Made by a program: the position numbers and the translations under genes. A stretch of DNA of 64,000 bases from Vitrella brassicaformis CCMP3155 (lineage: Eukaryota > Protista > Chromerida), in assembly GCA_001179505.1 (NCBI GenBank), contig CDMY01000209.1:102705-166704 (forward strand), in the 5' to 3' direction. The first letter of the stretch is position 1, and every line of letters begins with the position of its first letter. The notes beneath the pieces were generated by a model. It was not told the origin of the DNA and searched no databases. It was given only the letters and a program-made list of their open reading frames with translations. Below are positions 40,542 through 51,677 of the stretch, in pieces.

Positions 40542-43500
40542 ATGAGCGAGGAGGAGCATCCGCAGGGCATGGGTGAGGCGACAGAGAGGCATCAGAACAG
40601 CGCGGGGTGGCCACAGCCAGGCCGTACTTGTCTCACTGAGGAGTGCCACGTGTTGCACGACAGAGAATGCAGATGGGCTGCACATTGTCGTTGTGCACAC
40701 GTCACATGCGATGATGGGCTGTTTCATCCTGTGTGTATCCACATGTGTCACTTTGTCACACTTCGTGTATGTACATGCGTATGTCTGTCTGTCTGTGTGC
40801 TTGGTCTGTGTGCTTTGTGTGTGTGTCAGAGTCCCCTCCTCGCCCAGCCTCTGCGCCTCCGCCGAATCACCACCACGAGGACGTCCTCTCGGCCGAAAAC
40901 ATTTTTGCTTTCCCGCCCCAGGAGTTTGCTGACATACGATGCGACGACCAATACAACGAATTCTACCAGTAAGGCATGCAGCCACATGCGCACATACGGC
41001 CGGCCACAATCTGTCTGCATGTATGTGTATTGTTCCTCTGTGCGTGTGTCAGGCACTTTGCGGCCAAGAACCCCAACTTGCCGCCGCCCATCGAGGGCGA
41101 GCCAAAGTTGGCGGAGTTCGCGCAGAGGAAGCTGTCGAAGCTCAGCGAAGAGGGGGCATCGCAAATGGACTTCTTCTCACCCAAAATGCAAAGACGTAAC
41201 CAACCACACAGACAGAGACAAGGGCACATCCGCCCCTCACACATGCACATGTGCGCGTTGTCTCTGTCTGTCTGTCATTAATGCAGTGACCCAGTCAGTG
41301 CTAAAGCAGCTCGAGACACCCTCTTTCGAGGCCACCCTCGACCCAGCGGAGGACAGCACGATGGAAGAGAACCACCTCCCACCGGCATACGAGGAGCCCT
41401 CAGACGGTGGCAACTTCGTCCTGAGGATACAGGAGCAGCCGTCAGGACCATCCTCCTCTCTCGCCGACCTGACCGACACGTTCCTGGGTCCCTCGTCGTC
41501 CGCTGGACTGTCGTCGTCTTCGTCCCGCCCCCTCTCGCTGATGAGCTCTGTGCCCTACCCGATCCCCCCCGCCACTCTGCAGCCCCCCTCCCCTGCTGTG
41601 GGCAACCAGAGCGAGTCCCTCTTCCAGTCCAACGTCTTCATGCCCCCGCCCAGCACCGGGGCCACCCAAGACTCATCACTCACCATGCCCCCGCCGTCTG
41701 AGTCGACCATTCTCGGCGCGGCCACTTCCATGGCCGCCCACATCACGGCGCAGAAGCAGCAGATGGACGGCCAGCAGGGTGTTCCGGGCATCGGTGTGGT
41801 CGATGGGGGCGGTCAGAATGTGCACATAACGCTGTCGCAGCAGTTCCAGGGGCTGGGTGGGCTGCATGAGGGGGGTGGGAGGAGTAATGGGATAGGTGAG
41901 AGGGGCGTGGGCGGGGCGGGTGGAGGGGGCAATAGGAAGCGGTCGCCGAGGAGGCGGATCACTGGGCCATGTAAGCACGAGACAGAAGCAAAAAGTTGCT
42001 GATGGGCCATCCATTGATGTGATTGACATCGTGTTTGTTGCAGCTCCGATACCCGGTGCGCCTCCAGGTCTGACCATAGAGGAGCTGGTTGCGAGTGGGC
42101 TGCTTAAAGGACACGTCTACCTCATAGCCAAGGTACCTCACTCTCCACTGACAAGCACACAAGCCCATCGACTGCTTTGCTCACGTGTCTGTGTGAATGT
42201 GACTGTGTTGTTCAGGACCAGAGTGGGTGTCGGATGCTTCAGAAGAAGCTGGACGAGAGTCCCACGGTCTTCAACGGCATATTCGAGGAGGTATGCAATG
42301 ACGAGAGGGGCGATGCACGCAGCAGACCAGACACGAGTGTGCTGCTGCCCCCCTTGTCTCTTGGCAGATTCTCGAGAACATAGTTGAGTTGATGACAGAC
42401 CCATTCGGCAACTATCTCTGCCAAAAGCTGATGGAGGTGCGACACACCAAGCCATACAACATGTCCATAAGGGGCAACGTGCCGATCTGCTGCTGTCGTT
42501 GTGTGTTGTGTTGTGTTGTGTTGTGTGCAGGTGTGTTCGCAGAGTCAGCTGACGATGATCATCGACGCGGTGGCGGCCGACCTGGTCAAGATCTCCCTCA
42601 ACATGCATGGAACACGGGCCGTCCAGAAACTCATCGAAGTGGTCAGTCAGACACGAAGGGAAGGACAAACACAACAACGATTCTTCTCACCGTTTCTGTG
42701 TCCGTCTTGCTGTGTTGCTGTGTCACGTTTGGTTCAGCTGCACTCGCCTGACCAGATATCGAAGGTGATAGCGGCGCTTCGGTCGTCTGTGGTGACGCTG
42801 GTCAAGGACCTCAACGGCAACCACGTCATCCAGAAGAGTCTGCAGGCGCTGGGGCCGGGCGACAACTACTACATCTACAATGCCATCATCGGACACTGCT
42901 ACGACGTCGCCACACACAGACACGGTAGAAACAGACGTCCGTCTGTGAGAGAGGGAGCCTCGAGCATACACGAGGGCCCATTTGTTCTGTTTGTCTGGTT
43001 GTCTGCCTACGCAGGTTGTTGCGTGTTGCAGCGGTGCATTGACGCAGCCAGGGGCGTGCAGAGGGTAAGACGTGCGAAGGAGAGGCTCTGTCGGCCGAGC
43101 GAGCACACACTCGACCCCTCCGTGTTGTGTGGGTGGTTCATTCTTCCAGCAACGCATAGTGGATGAGATCATTCAGCATGCAGTGGACCTGGTGCAGGAC
43201 GCCTTCGGCAACTATGTCATTCAATACGTCCTCAACCAGAGGGAACCGGTCAGCAAGCACTCACAGGCATACACCGACCCTATCACTGTGCAGTGGGCCA
43301 ATGTACGTGTCGCTCTTGGTGTTGTGCAGGCATGGAACAACGCCATCATAGTCAAGCTGCTCGGCAGCCTGGTGCGCCTGTCCAAGCAGAAGTTCTCATC
43401 CAACGTCGTAGAAAAGGTCAGCACAGAGACACCATCATCACTTGCCTACCATGGACCTATTTGTGTGTATGTGTGTGTGAACGCATTATCAGTGTCTGAT

Positions 43501-44893
43501 TTTGGGTTCTGACGAGCACAAGCGCCAGATGGTGGAGGAGCTCCTCTGCGCAGGCAACGAGTGCCTCAAGGACCTGCTGCTCGACTCATTCGCAAACTAC
43601 GGTGAGCGACATCTTGTCAACATGGATGACAGCTCCGATACACGTCTGTCCTCGGCTCTCTTCGTACGAATGACCAGTGATCCAGCGCGCGTTGAGTGTG
43701 GCTGAGGAGCCCTACTTCAGCCGACTTATTGACGGCATCCGACCCCACCTCGACGCACTCAGGAACTCACACACGGGAGGTACAGATAACAAGGGGCAAC
43801 ACGACACCCATCACCCACCCTCTCTCCCTCCTTCGTCTGTCCATCAGGCAAGCGCATCGCAGCCAAGCTGATGAAGAAGTACCCCCAGCTGACCATGGGC
43901 TACCTCGGCCCGGGCGGCATGGGCGGGCCGCCCCCAGGAGCACCAGGACCCGCCGGGAGAGGTGGCATGATGAACCCCCAGGACCCACAGGGCGGTCCGT
44001 ACAAGGGCGGCGGACACATGGGTGGGGGCATGTGGGGTGGACACGGCATGCCGCCCGGCGCAAGGGGGCGAGGTGGCAGGGACAGGATAGGCCAGCAAGG
44101 TCAGCAACCAGACCACACTGACATGGAGGGGGGCGCTGGTGTGTCAACGGGTGGTTTCCATCTATCTGTTGTGTGCAGTGCGGGGTCCGGGCAAGGGCGG
44201 CGGGCCGCCCATTGATCCGTTCGGCGATTTTCAAGCGCTGCAGTCGGTGCTCAACACACTCGCGGCTCAGCAGGGGCAGACCCCGTCGGCGGCGGGCGGC
44301 GGAGGAATGGGAATAGACGTAAGCGGCACTATCGACACACAAGACAATGCAGGCATTGTGGTCAATCTGATGCCTTTGCTCTTGTCTTTGTCAGGGTGCT
44401 CTTGTGGACGCGTTAGGGTACGGCAACCCGTCCGGGGCTGTCGACCCGCTGGCGCTCAACGGTATGCTGCTGAACCAGGTGGACCAGGCCATTATGGGCC
44501 AGCCCAACCTGCTGGGCCAGTCGGTCGGCGCCGCCGACCTCCAGCTGCTGCAGAGCCTCATCAGCGATCCAACCGCCACACAGCAGCAGCAGCAGCAACA
44601 GCAGCAACAGCCAATCGGCATGCCCACGGTGAGTGGAGCGAGAAGAAGAGAAAGACCCATGTGTTCACACGCAATCTCATTTTTTCCTTCTTGTGTTTCA
44701 GTCGTATGGAGGAGGTTCTGGCGGAGGGTATTTCTCTCACCAGCCGACGTCTCCCATCCACGGTGGCGGGGCCAACCCGTTCGGCCCCCCACAGCCCCCG
44801 CAGTCATCGTCGCTTTATTCAGGCGGAGGGATGCCTTACGGCTATGGCGGGCAGGGGGGCGGCTCGCCCAACGTCATGCACCCGACCTTCTAG
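40542..44893 (+). CDS. Pumilio/PUF RNA-binding protein (Puf4/Puf5-like recognition code), with 8 repeats and low-complexity tails
   Basis: Repeats DQSGCRMLQ, DPFGNYLCQ, NMHGTRAVQ, DLNGNHVIQ, HRHGCCVLQ, DAFGNYVIQ, QKFSSNVVE, DSFANYVIQ; N-terminal RPASAPP and NPNLPPP motifs; G/P/M-rich and poly-Q C-terminus. Confidence 0.95.
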
Positions 44894-47412
44894 ACAGACA
44901 GGGAGGGAGGGAGGCAGGGATGGAGGGGAGAGAGAGAGAGGGAGAGAGAGAGGAGGGATTGGTTATGCGGACGGACATTCTCTCTCTCGTCTCGTTCGTA
45001 CATGTCTTGCAGCACTCATGTGATATGTGTGTGTCTGTGATGCGTTTGTTGTTGCGATGTCTTCGACTCGACTCGACTCGGATGGGTGGATGGGTAAGAC
45101 GGTCTGACAGCATCATTACTTGACGGATGGGAGAGACACACAGAGGTTGTCACTTACTTACTCGGTCGGTCGGTCGTGGATACGTGCGGCGAGTGCAGTG
45201 AGAGCAGTCAGAGCAGTGAGGTCAGCCCAGCCAGCAGCAACCCAGCGCACTTCACAAAATGACTTGCGTTGCGTGTTGTGGTGTGGCGGCGGTGATGGTG
45301 TGCGCCCGTCCGTCGTCTTGCGTCTGTCGTGTCACAACTTGTCGACCCACTCACTCCCTCACTCACTCTCTACCTGGTTTGTGTGTGTGTGTGTATGTGG
45401 CGTGTAAGTGCTCTGAGCGTGGTGTGGCGTTTTACATCCCTCCCTCCCTCCCCACCTGCTAGTATCTGTATGTCTGAATGTCTGCATAAAGCGCGTATCC
45501 CGGATGGAGATGTGTCCGTGATGGCTGTAGCATGCACGCTCCCCGTTTGTTGCTCGGGTGTATACCTATCCCCCACACACAACACACACACACAACACAC
45601 ATTGGTGCAATCAATCAATCGATGGATGGACCATGTACGCTGCAGGGCGAGGCAGGGCAGGGCAGGGCATTGTGTGTATCTATGTAGGTAGGTGGGTGGG
45701 TAGGTGGGTAGCTTTACGTAAGGGTGTTGGGGAGAGAGAGAGAGAGCGGTTTATGGCTGTTGTCGTCGTGAGGGGGTTCCTTTTGCCGTTCTCGCGCTGT
45801 TTCCTGTGTGCCTGCCTGCCTGCCTGCGTCACGTTTTGCTCTTTATTATACACACACATGTGTTGGCTGAATGCCTGCTGTATGCTGCGTGTATACTATG
45901 GCTACGCCTGTGAATGTCGGCTGCCAGCACCTGTGTATCATACATACACATACACACATCTACTCACATACACCCACACAGGGAGTCTGCATGCTACGTG
46001 TCTGTCTGTGTGGCGTGACTCGTGCCTCTGCCTAGTCCAGAAGATGTCCGTGCGTGGCTGCTATCACTGAGACGCTCTGGCACCGCCAGAATGAGCGCAT
46101 AGGTGATGGATGGATGTGCCTGCCTATCGATCTATCTAAACCCCTCTGTGTGCATGACTTGACATGAGATGACATGCGCTGACTGCCCCATGCTGATGAG
46201 CAATACGGGCAGATATGCGTGCATTCGATTCGCTTTTTTCGGGCGCTCTCGGCTGCCTGCCTGCCCGTCGTCTGTCTGTCTGTCAGCCAGAGTGCTTCGC
46301 TGACAACTGGGTGGATGGATGTGTATGCAGAGAGAGAGGGGATGGGGCGGGCCGCTGGATGGCGATGGCTATTCAGAGAGAGCATGGATGATATGTGGGG
46401 GCGTTTTGAAGTGACAGGGAGTTGCTGGTACCACAGACAGACATTACAGCGCCTCTTATTTTTAGGCTCTGCATGGCCGGCAGGAGGGGAGAGTGTGTGG
46501 GAGTGTATGCGCGATCTGTCTGTCTATCTGTCTGTCTGCGGGCAGTCAGTGCTGGTTCTCGTTTCTCTTCTGACTCCTGCTGCTGCCATGTTCTAGGCCT
46601 TTCTAGCGCGACATCGATCTCCCCTCTTTCTCCCTCCCTCCCTCCCTCTCTGCCTGCCTGCCTGCCTGCCTGCCCGTGTGGGTGTGCGTACACAGATGGA
46701 ATGCGCCCATCCCTGATGGTGGGCGCTGCATACACACCTGTGTGTCGCGAGAAGGCGGCCTTTTTCAAGTGGATGTTGTGTGTGGTGTGTATGCGGCGGG
46801 TTCTCTTCCCCAACCCCACTTTGTCTGTCTGTCTGTCTGTCTGTCTGTATTGGTGTGTCGTGTGCGGCCTGCCTGCCTGCCTGCCTAGGTGCACGCACAC
46901 ATGATACACACATCCATACATCTCTCTGCATACATACTGATGCGTACATGGTGTGTTGTGTTGTGTCCCTCAGAGGAGATGAGGGCCGATGGCTAGTGCC
47001 ACAGACGCCTTGCTTGCTTGGCTGTGTGAGAGTGTGACTGACTGACTTAGTCGTCCTCAACGACGAAAACTACGGAAAGAATCCTATCTCCGACCGAGCC
47101 CAGCTCAGTTTTAGAGAATTATCTCCCTCAAACGCGCATACCGTTCAGTCTGAACGCGGCTCGGCTCGGCTCAGTTTTGGAGGTATGATAAGCTCGCTGG
47201 AAACGCGGCCGGGGAGGGAGCGCTGGGAGTAGCCCTCAAGCAGAACGCGTTGCCGCGGGATGGCTACAGACAATGAGCTGGAAGGAAGGTGAGAAGGGCG
47301 AACAATGGGAAGGCATCGAAAGAAGAACCTCATCGTCTGTTCATGCACGTCAGGTGCGGTTTGCAGATGCGCGATGGCCTCAACGAGCTGACGTCGGCAT
47401 CCAGTTTCTTCG

Positions 47413-48456
47413 ATGGAAGACAGCCAGCAGCAGACACTGTGCTATCGGCAGGCCGCCGTGGCGCATCCAGACCCACTAGATCCTATGGACATCCCCTCGC
47501 TTATCGAGCGCGGCTATCGGGCTGAAGATGTCCCCTCTCCGACGGTCCCTGACGACGACTCCCAGACAAGCCGCACCCGGCCGCGAAGGTGCACCAGCAG
47601 CAGCGGCAATGGCGGCGTTCCTCGGAATTCCATCCGCATTGATCTCACCACCGACGACGATGACGAGCCTGCGCCCGCCGCTGCTGCTGCCGGTGCAGCA
47701 CAGCCAGCAGCTGCGCATGAGTTGCGTGCGCCAGCAGCGGCATCAGCAGCATTGAGCCGGGATGGAATGTCAGCGAGCCATCATGCTGCAGCTGCAGAGA
47801 GCCCGGATGCGAGGCGGCAAGAGGACGAAAGCCAGGACGAGTCACAGAGGACGTTGGACTCCCTCGAGCTACTCGACCTGCTGCACAAGGTCAAGCGGCG
47901 AAGGCCTGATAGACTGCCGGCGACCAACCCACAACCACAACCACAGACAGCAGCGGCAGGAGGTGACAACGAGGCCCCGTGCGAGCAGCAGCAGTCCGCA
48001 CCAGCACATCAACCAGCCGCCCCTCCCCGCCCCCCCAGTGGTGCCGCCGAGAGTGTCGATGATAGCATGGGCTTCTCCTCGGTCTTCTCCTGTCACGTGG
48101 CCGCCCCGCCACCACGAGTCGAGTCATACCGTGAGCAAGACTCTGCTCATAAAGACGCGCAGCCAAGTGGTGCTCCGATGGGTGCTGACCAAGAGCAACA
48201 GAAGATCGGCTCAGAGGGGGATAATGTGTCGATGGAAGAGGGAGAGGGAGAGGAAGAGCCGGCGTGTCTGCGTCCCCGCGCTCTGGCGAGATGGGTGGAT
48301 GTTCTGTATATGGGAGGCTTGGCTGACATTGACTCACGGATGCTGGCGGAGATCCCTAGAGGTGCGGCTGCCCCACGAGCACCGCCCACGCCGATCGAGG
48401 AGGATGGGTGTGACAGCCCTGCTTGCCCACCCACTGTGCCAGATATGGACGGCTGA
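47413..48456 (+). CDS. Hypothetical intrinsically disordered acidic/Ala-rich protein with a SIM-like motif
   Basis: 347-aa uninterrupted ORF with coding-like composition; IRIDLTTDDDDE; no catalytic motif recognised. Confidence 0.55.
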   Translation: MEDSQQQTLCYRQAAVAHPDPLDPMDIPSLIERGYRAEDVPSPTVPDDDSQTSRTRPRRCTSSSGNGGVPRNSIRIDLTTDDDDEPAPAAAAAGAAQPAAAHELRAPAAASAALSRDGMSASHHAAAAESPDARRQEDESQDESQRTLDSLELLDLLHKVKRRRPDRLPATNPQPQPQTAAAGGDNEAPCEQQQSAPAHQPAAPPRPPSGAAESVDDSMGFSSVFSCHVAAPPPRVESYREQDSAHKDAQPSGAPMGADQEQQKIGSEGDNVSMEEGEGEEEPACLRPRALARWVDVLYMGGLADIDSRMLAEIPRGAAAPRAPPTPIEEDGCDSPACPPTVPDMDG

Positions 48457-49019
48457 TGCACATGCGGGGGAGGGGGAGGGTGGGGGGAGGGGGGAGGGGA
48501 ACGGACGGATGGAGGGATGGATCAGAGTATTTGTTCGTGTGTGTATAGCTCGTTGATGTGGTAGCGTGACTCTCTGCTTGTGCATGTGCGGTGGATGGGT
48601 GGATCCATGATGTGTATTTGCATTTGTGCTGACGACTAGTTCCATGGATGGGCGCTAAATCGTGTGCTGAATTTGTTGGCAAAGCATGGCCTGCCGAATC
48701 GAATGAGCTCACCAAATTGCCACCACGAATGGCACGAGTCTATTCACCGGTCAAGAACATTCACAGCACATGCATAAGAAGTCACTGGGTGGCTGTGCGT
48801 CACCCACTTCGGACGCCAGGTGCCCCATCTAGCTCCCTAATCCCATACCTATTACCTACCTACAGCAAGTGGCACGAGTCTACTCGACGGTCAGAAACAC
48901 TGCCACACGTGCAGCAGGGGCAAATACAGCTATCTGAGACACAAGCGTACGACAGAGAACATGTGTACTCAAAGGCGTCCCGTCTGGCTCTCTTGTCGCC
49001 GGCTACCCAGTGCGGCATT

Positions 49020-51587
49020 TTATTGGCGTCTCTCAATGGTGATGCTGCCGTTCTCGAAACCCATGGTGTATGGTGTGCTGAGCAGGTTGAACACGGCCAG
49101 CTGCGAGTGAAAGAATCGTTCGCCGGCCGCACGCAAACTGCTCCGGAGGAAGGCCGACGCCTTGCGCACTCCCGGCCTGCTGATGATGCCCACGAGTGAG
49201 GCCATGAGCAAGCCATACACAGCCTCGACAGTGTCGCCCTGGGAGAGGTGATCTGACAGACAGCAATACCAAATGCGATGGACGTTCTCTCTCCCTCTCC
49301 CTCTCCCTCTCCCTCTCCCTCTTGCTGCTTACCACATAGAGTGATGTCCACCTCATCGACAGGCGGCAGCTGATGGCTCGCCCACTTGACCAGGGGGTCC
49401 GTGCCCTGGAATCCATGACTTCTCCGACCATCCGAGTGCAGAATGGTGAACAGCGGTATGTCGATCTCCACAGAGAATCGCCTTCCCGCCGTGGCCGCCG
49501 CTTCTCCCTCGCCGCCGCACACCATCTGGCCCTTGAGCGCCTCGAGAAACGCGACAGCGTTCTCTGGGCTATCTCTGTACTTGAGGAAGTGCAGGTGGCC
49601 GCATGTGGGCATCGAGTGGGCGACCGTCCTGACAAGGCCGTCCAGCTGCGTCTCCCGGTCGTAGCTCTTGCAGCGGAATGTGTCGGCGCGCGGGAAGAAG
49701 ACCGTGTCTGCGGCAGCGTTGGGGTCCGTGAGGGTGCCATGCTCTGTGCGGTCGAAGCACACGACGTCAGCGAGCGAAGCGGTCTCGCAAACGATCTTCT
49801 GCACCTGATTGCATAGACGCCGACAGTCAGACAAACAGCCAAGGGAAGAATTTGCCAGATTGTTGGTCTGCGTCCATTGTGCGCCAACCAACCCACCTGA
49901 GGTGACTCGTTCTTCATCCACCCGATGAGCTCGAGGTCCATCTCGCGGCGACCCCTCCCGCCGGCTGCCGAGTCGACCAGCTGCGGCTTCTGGAGGGCAT
50001 CCGGGTGCATGACCTGCTCCGACAGCAGTGCCACCTCCCGCAGCGCCCCCTTCTGCGTCGCACCACCGATGTTCCACGCGATGGGCAGCTCACGAAGGGT
50101 CCTACGGCACCCACGGTCGAGCAGAGCTTGGCGCAAGCTGGCCAGGTGGTTCTCTAAGCCAGGGACACTGCTCCCGATACGTGACTGCAGCTTGAGGGGG
50201 CCGATCGACCTCAACCGGGCGAGGGAGTGGCCGGCCGGAAGCATGCGGAGGACCTCCGTCTTCTCGTGGATGCAGCCGTCATCGTCGAGGACCTCCAGGT
50301 GCTCACATCCGCTCACCCACTGGGCGATGGCCTCCTGGACTTCACAGCCGTCGTCCGTGAAGGTCATCACGCGAAGCGATGGCGTGCGCCACTGTCGGAG
50401 GCTGGGCAGCCTCACCATCGAGCAGGGCAGGCGCCGCACCTCCGTCAGCTTGGACAGGTCGACTGGGGGGGTGGGGGGTGGGGGGTGCGTATGGGCCGCC
50501 CCGTATAGAAACAGGCTGCCACACTGCCCATGGGTGTCTTGCTCAAAGCTGAGGACCTTGATGGACGAAGCGGAAGACGACCCCTCCTGCTGCTCGCTCC
50601 GTGCCCTCCTGCCCTGTGCGTTCCCCTCAATGACGGCGACCCAAATGCCGCAACACCAGTGGCCGTGGAAACTGGTGTTGCTCTTGGGCAAGATGACGTG
50701 GATGTGGGTGTGGGTGAGGTTGATCATGCGCTGTCCCCACTTGCATGCCACAGGAAGTGGCATCTCCTCCCAGATGTGCCGCACGCCGCCCTTGTTTGAT
50801 CCGTCGATGATGAGGTGGGTGCAGTTGGCCGCCACCCAGCTGAAGATGGTGTGGCCGAGTGCTGGTGCTGCATGCGTCAGGTGCCATGGCTGATGATAGC
50901 CGAAGAGGGCCGCCAGCTCATCGGAGGAGAGACGAAGGGAGGCCTGGTGCAAAAGCAGAGAAGAGACCAAAGGAGGCAACAGAGAATAGAGTGTCTGTCT
51001 GTCTGTTTGTACCTCTCCCTCGTCGGTTGGCTGCTTGCCCGACACATAGATCAGTCGGAACGCAGGCGGTTGTGATATGGCAGCAGCTGCCTCAGCCACA
51101 GTGCCCTGACATCATCATCGAATCTTGCATATAGCTGCCTGTGCGGCGTGTCGTCTGTGCTGCTCCTCACCTTAGCACTGGATTGACCTGGTAATGCCTC
51201 GATGGCGGCATCAAGGGGCACTGAGGCAGGCAAGGCCGCTGCCACATTGCCGAGTGCATCGATGGCCCCACCGACAACCAAGGCAGCAGCGAAGATCTGG
51301 GTCGCTGTCGAGTCCAGCCACTGTGCCGCACTACCCTCAGATTGACAGGCGCGCGCCTGCGATGAGCACAATACGACATGACAGGCAGAGATATGACATC
51401 TGCCGAGGGACTCAAGGTGGTCTCATCATCTTACCTTGATTCTCGACTTCAGGCGATGGAGTTCCTCTCGGATGGCTGTTGTATCGTGGCAGATCTGCAA
51501 GAACCATCACAGGATCTTACACGGACAAGGCTCACGTGTGTGAGTCATCACCTTTTCGACATCCTCTTGATCATTTTTGGCCTCCAT
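49020..51587 (-). CDS. Hypothetical protein resembling the large lineage-expanded Vitrella family (F-box-like N-terminus, LRR-like body)
   Basis: Spliced MEAKNDQEDVEK...IREELHRLKSRIK...LRLSSDELAALFGYHQPWHL...DLSKLTEVRRL...WRTPSLRVM...LARLRSIGPL...LLDRGCRRTLREL...ITIERRQ*; a (GAGGGA)n-containing intron restores the frame to the last exon; family assignment is from memory. Confidence 0.7.
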
Positions 51588-51677
51588 CACGGCACACACT
51601 GCGGGCTGAGCCGCTGAGACGGGGGGTCTTGTCACCCTGAGACTGGGGGCGGCCTGTACCCTGAGACGAGAGGAGAG
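51588..51677. promoter_or_regulatory. About 90-bp head-to-head spacer between the expanded-family gene and TRP paralog 2
   Basis: Predicted ATGs at 51587 (minus) and 51678 (plus); contains accctgagac twice. Confidence 0.4.

Noticed and set aside
44900-47100. Long ORFs downstream of the PUF gene
   Set aside because: Dominated by (TG)n, (CTGT)n and (CTGC)n repeats; most likely UTR or intergenic sequence
49033-51099. The 688-aa ORF taken as a single-exon protein
   Set aside because: It reads through introns and changes to a non-coding frame after about 49900; the spliced model 49020-51587 explains it better
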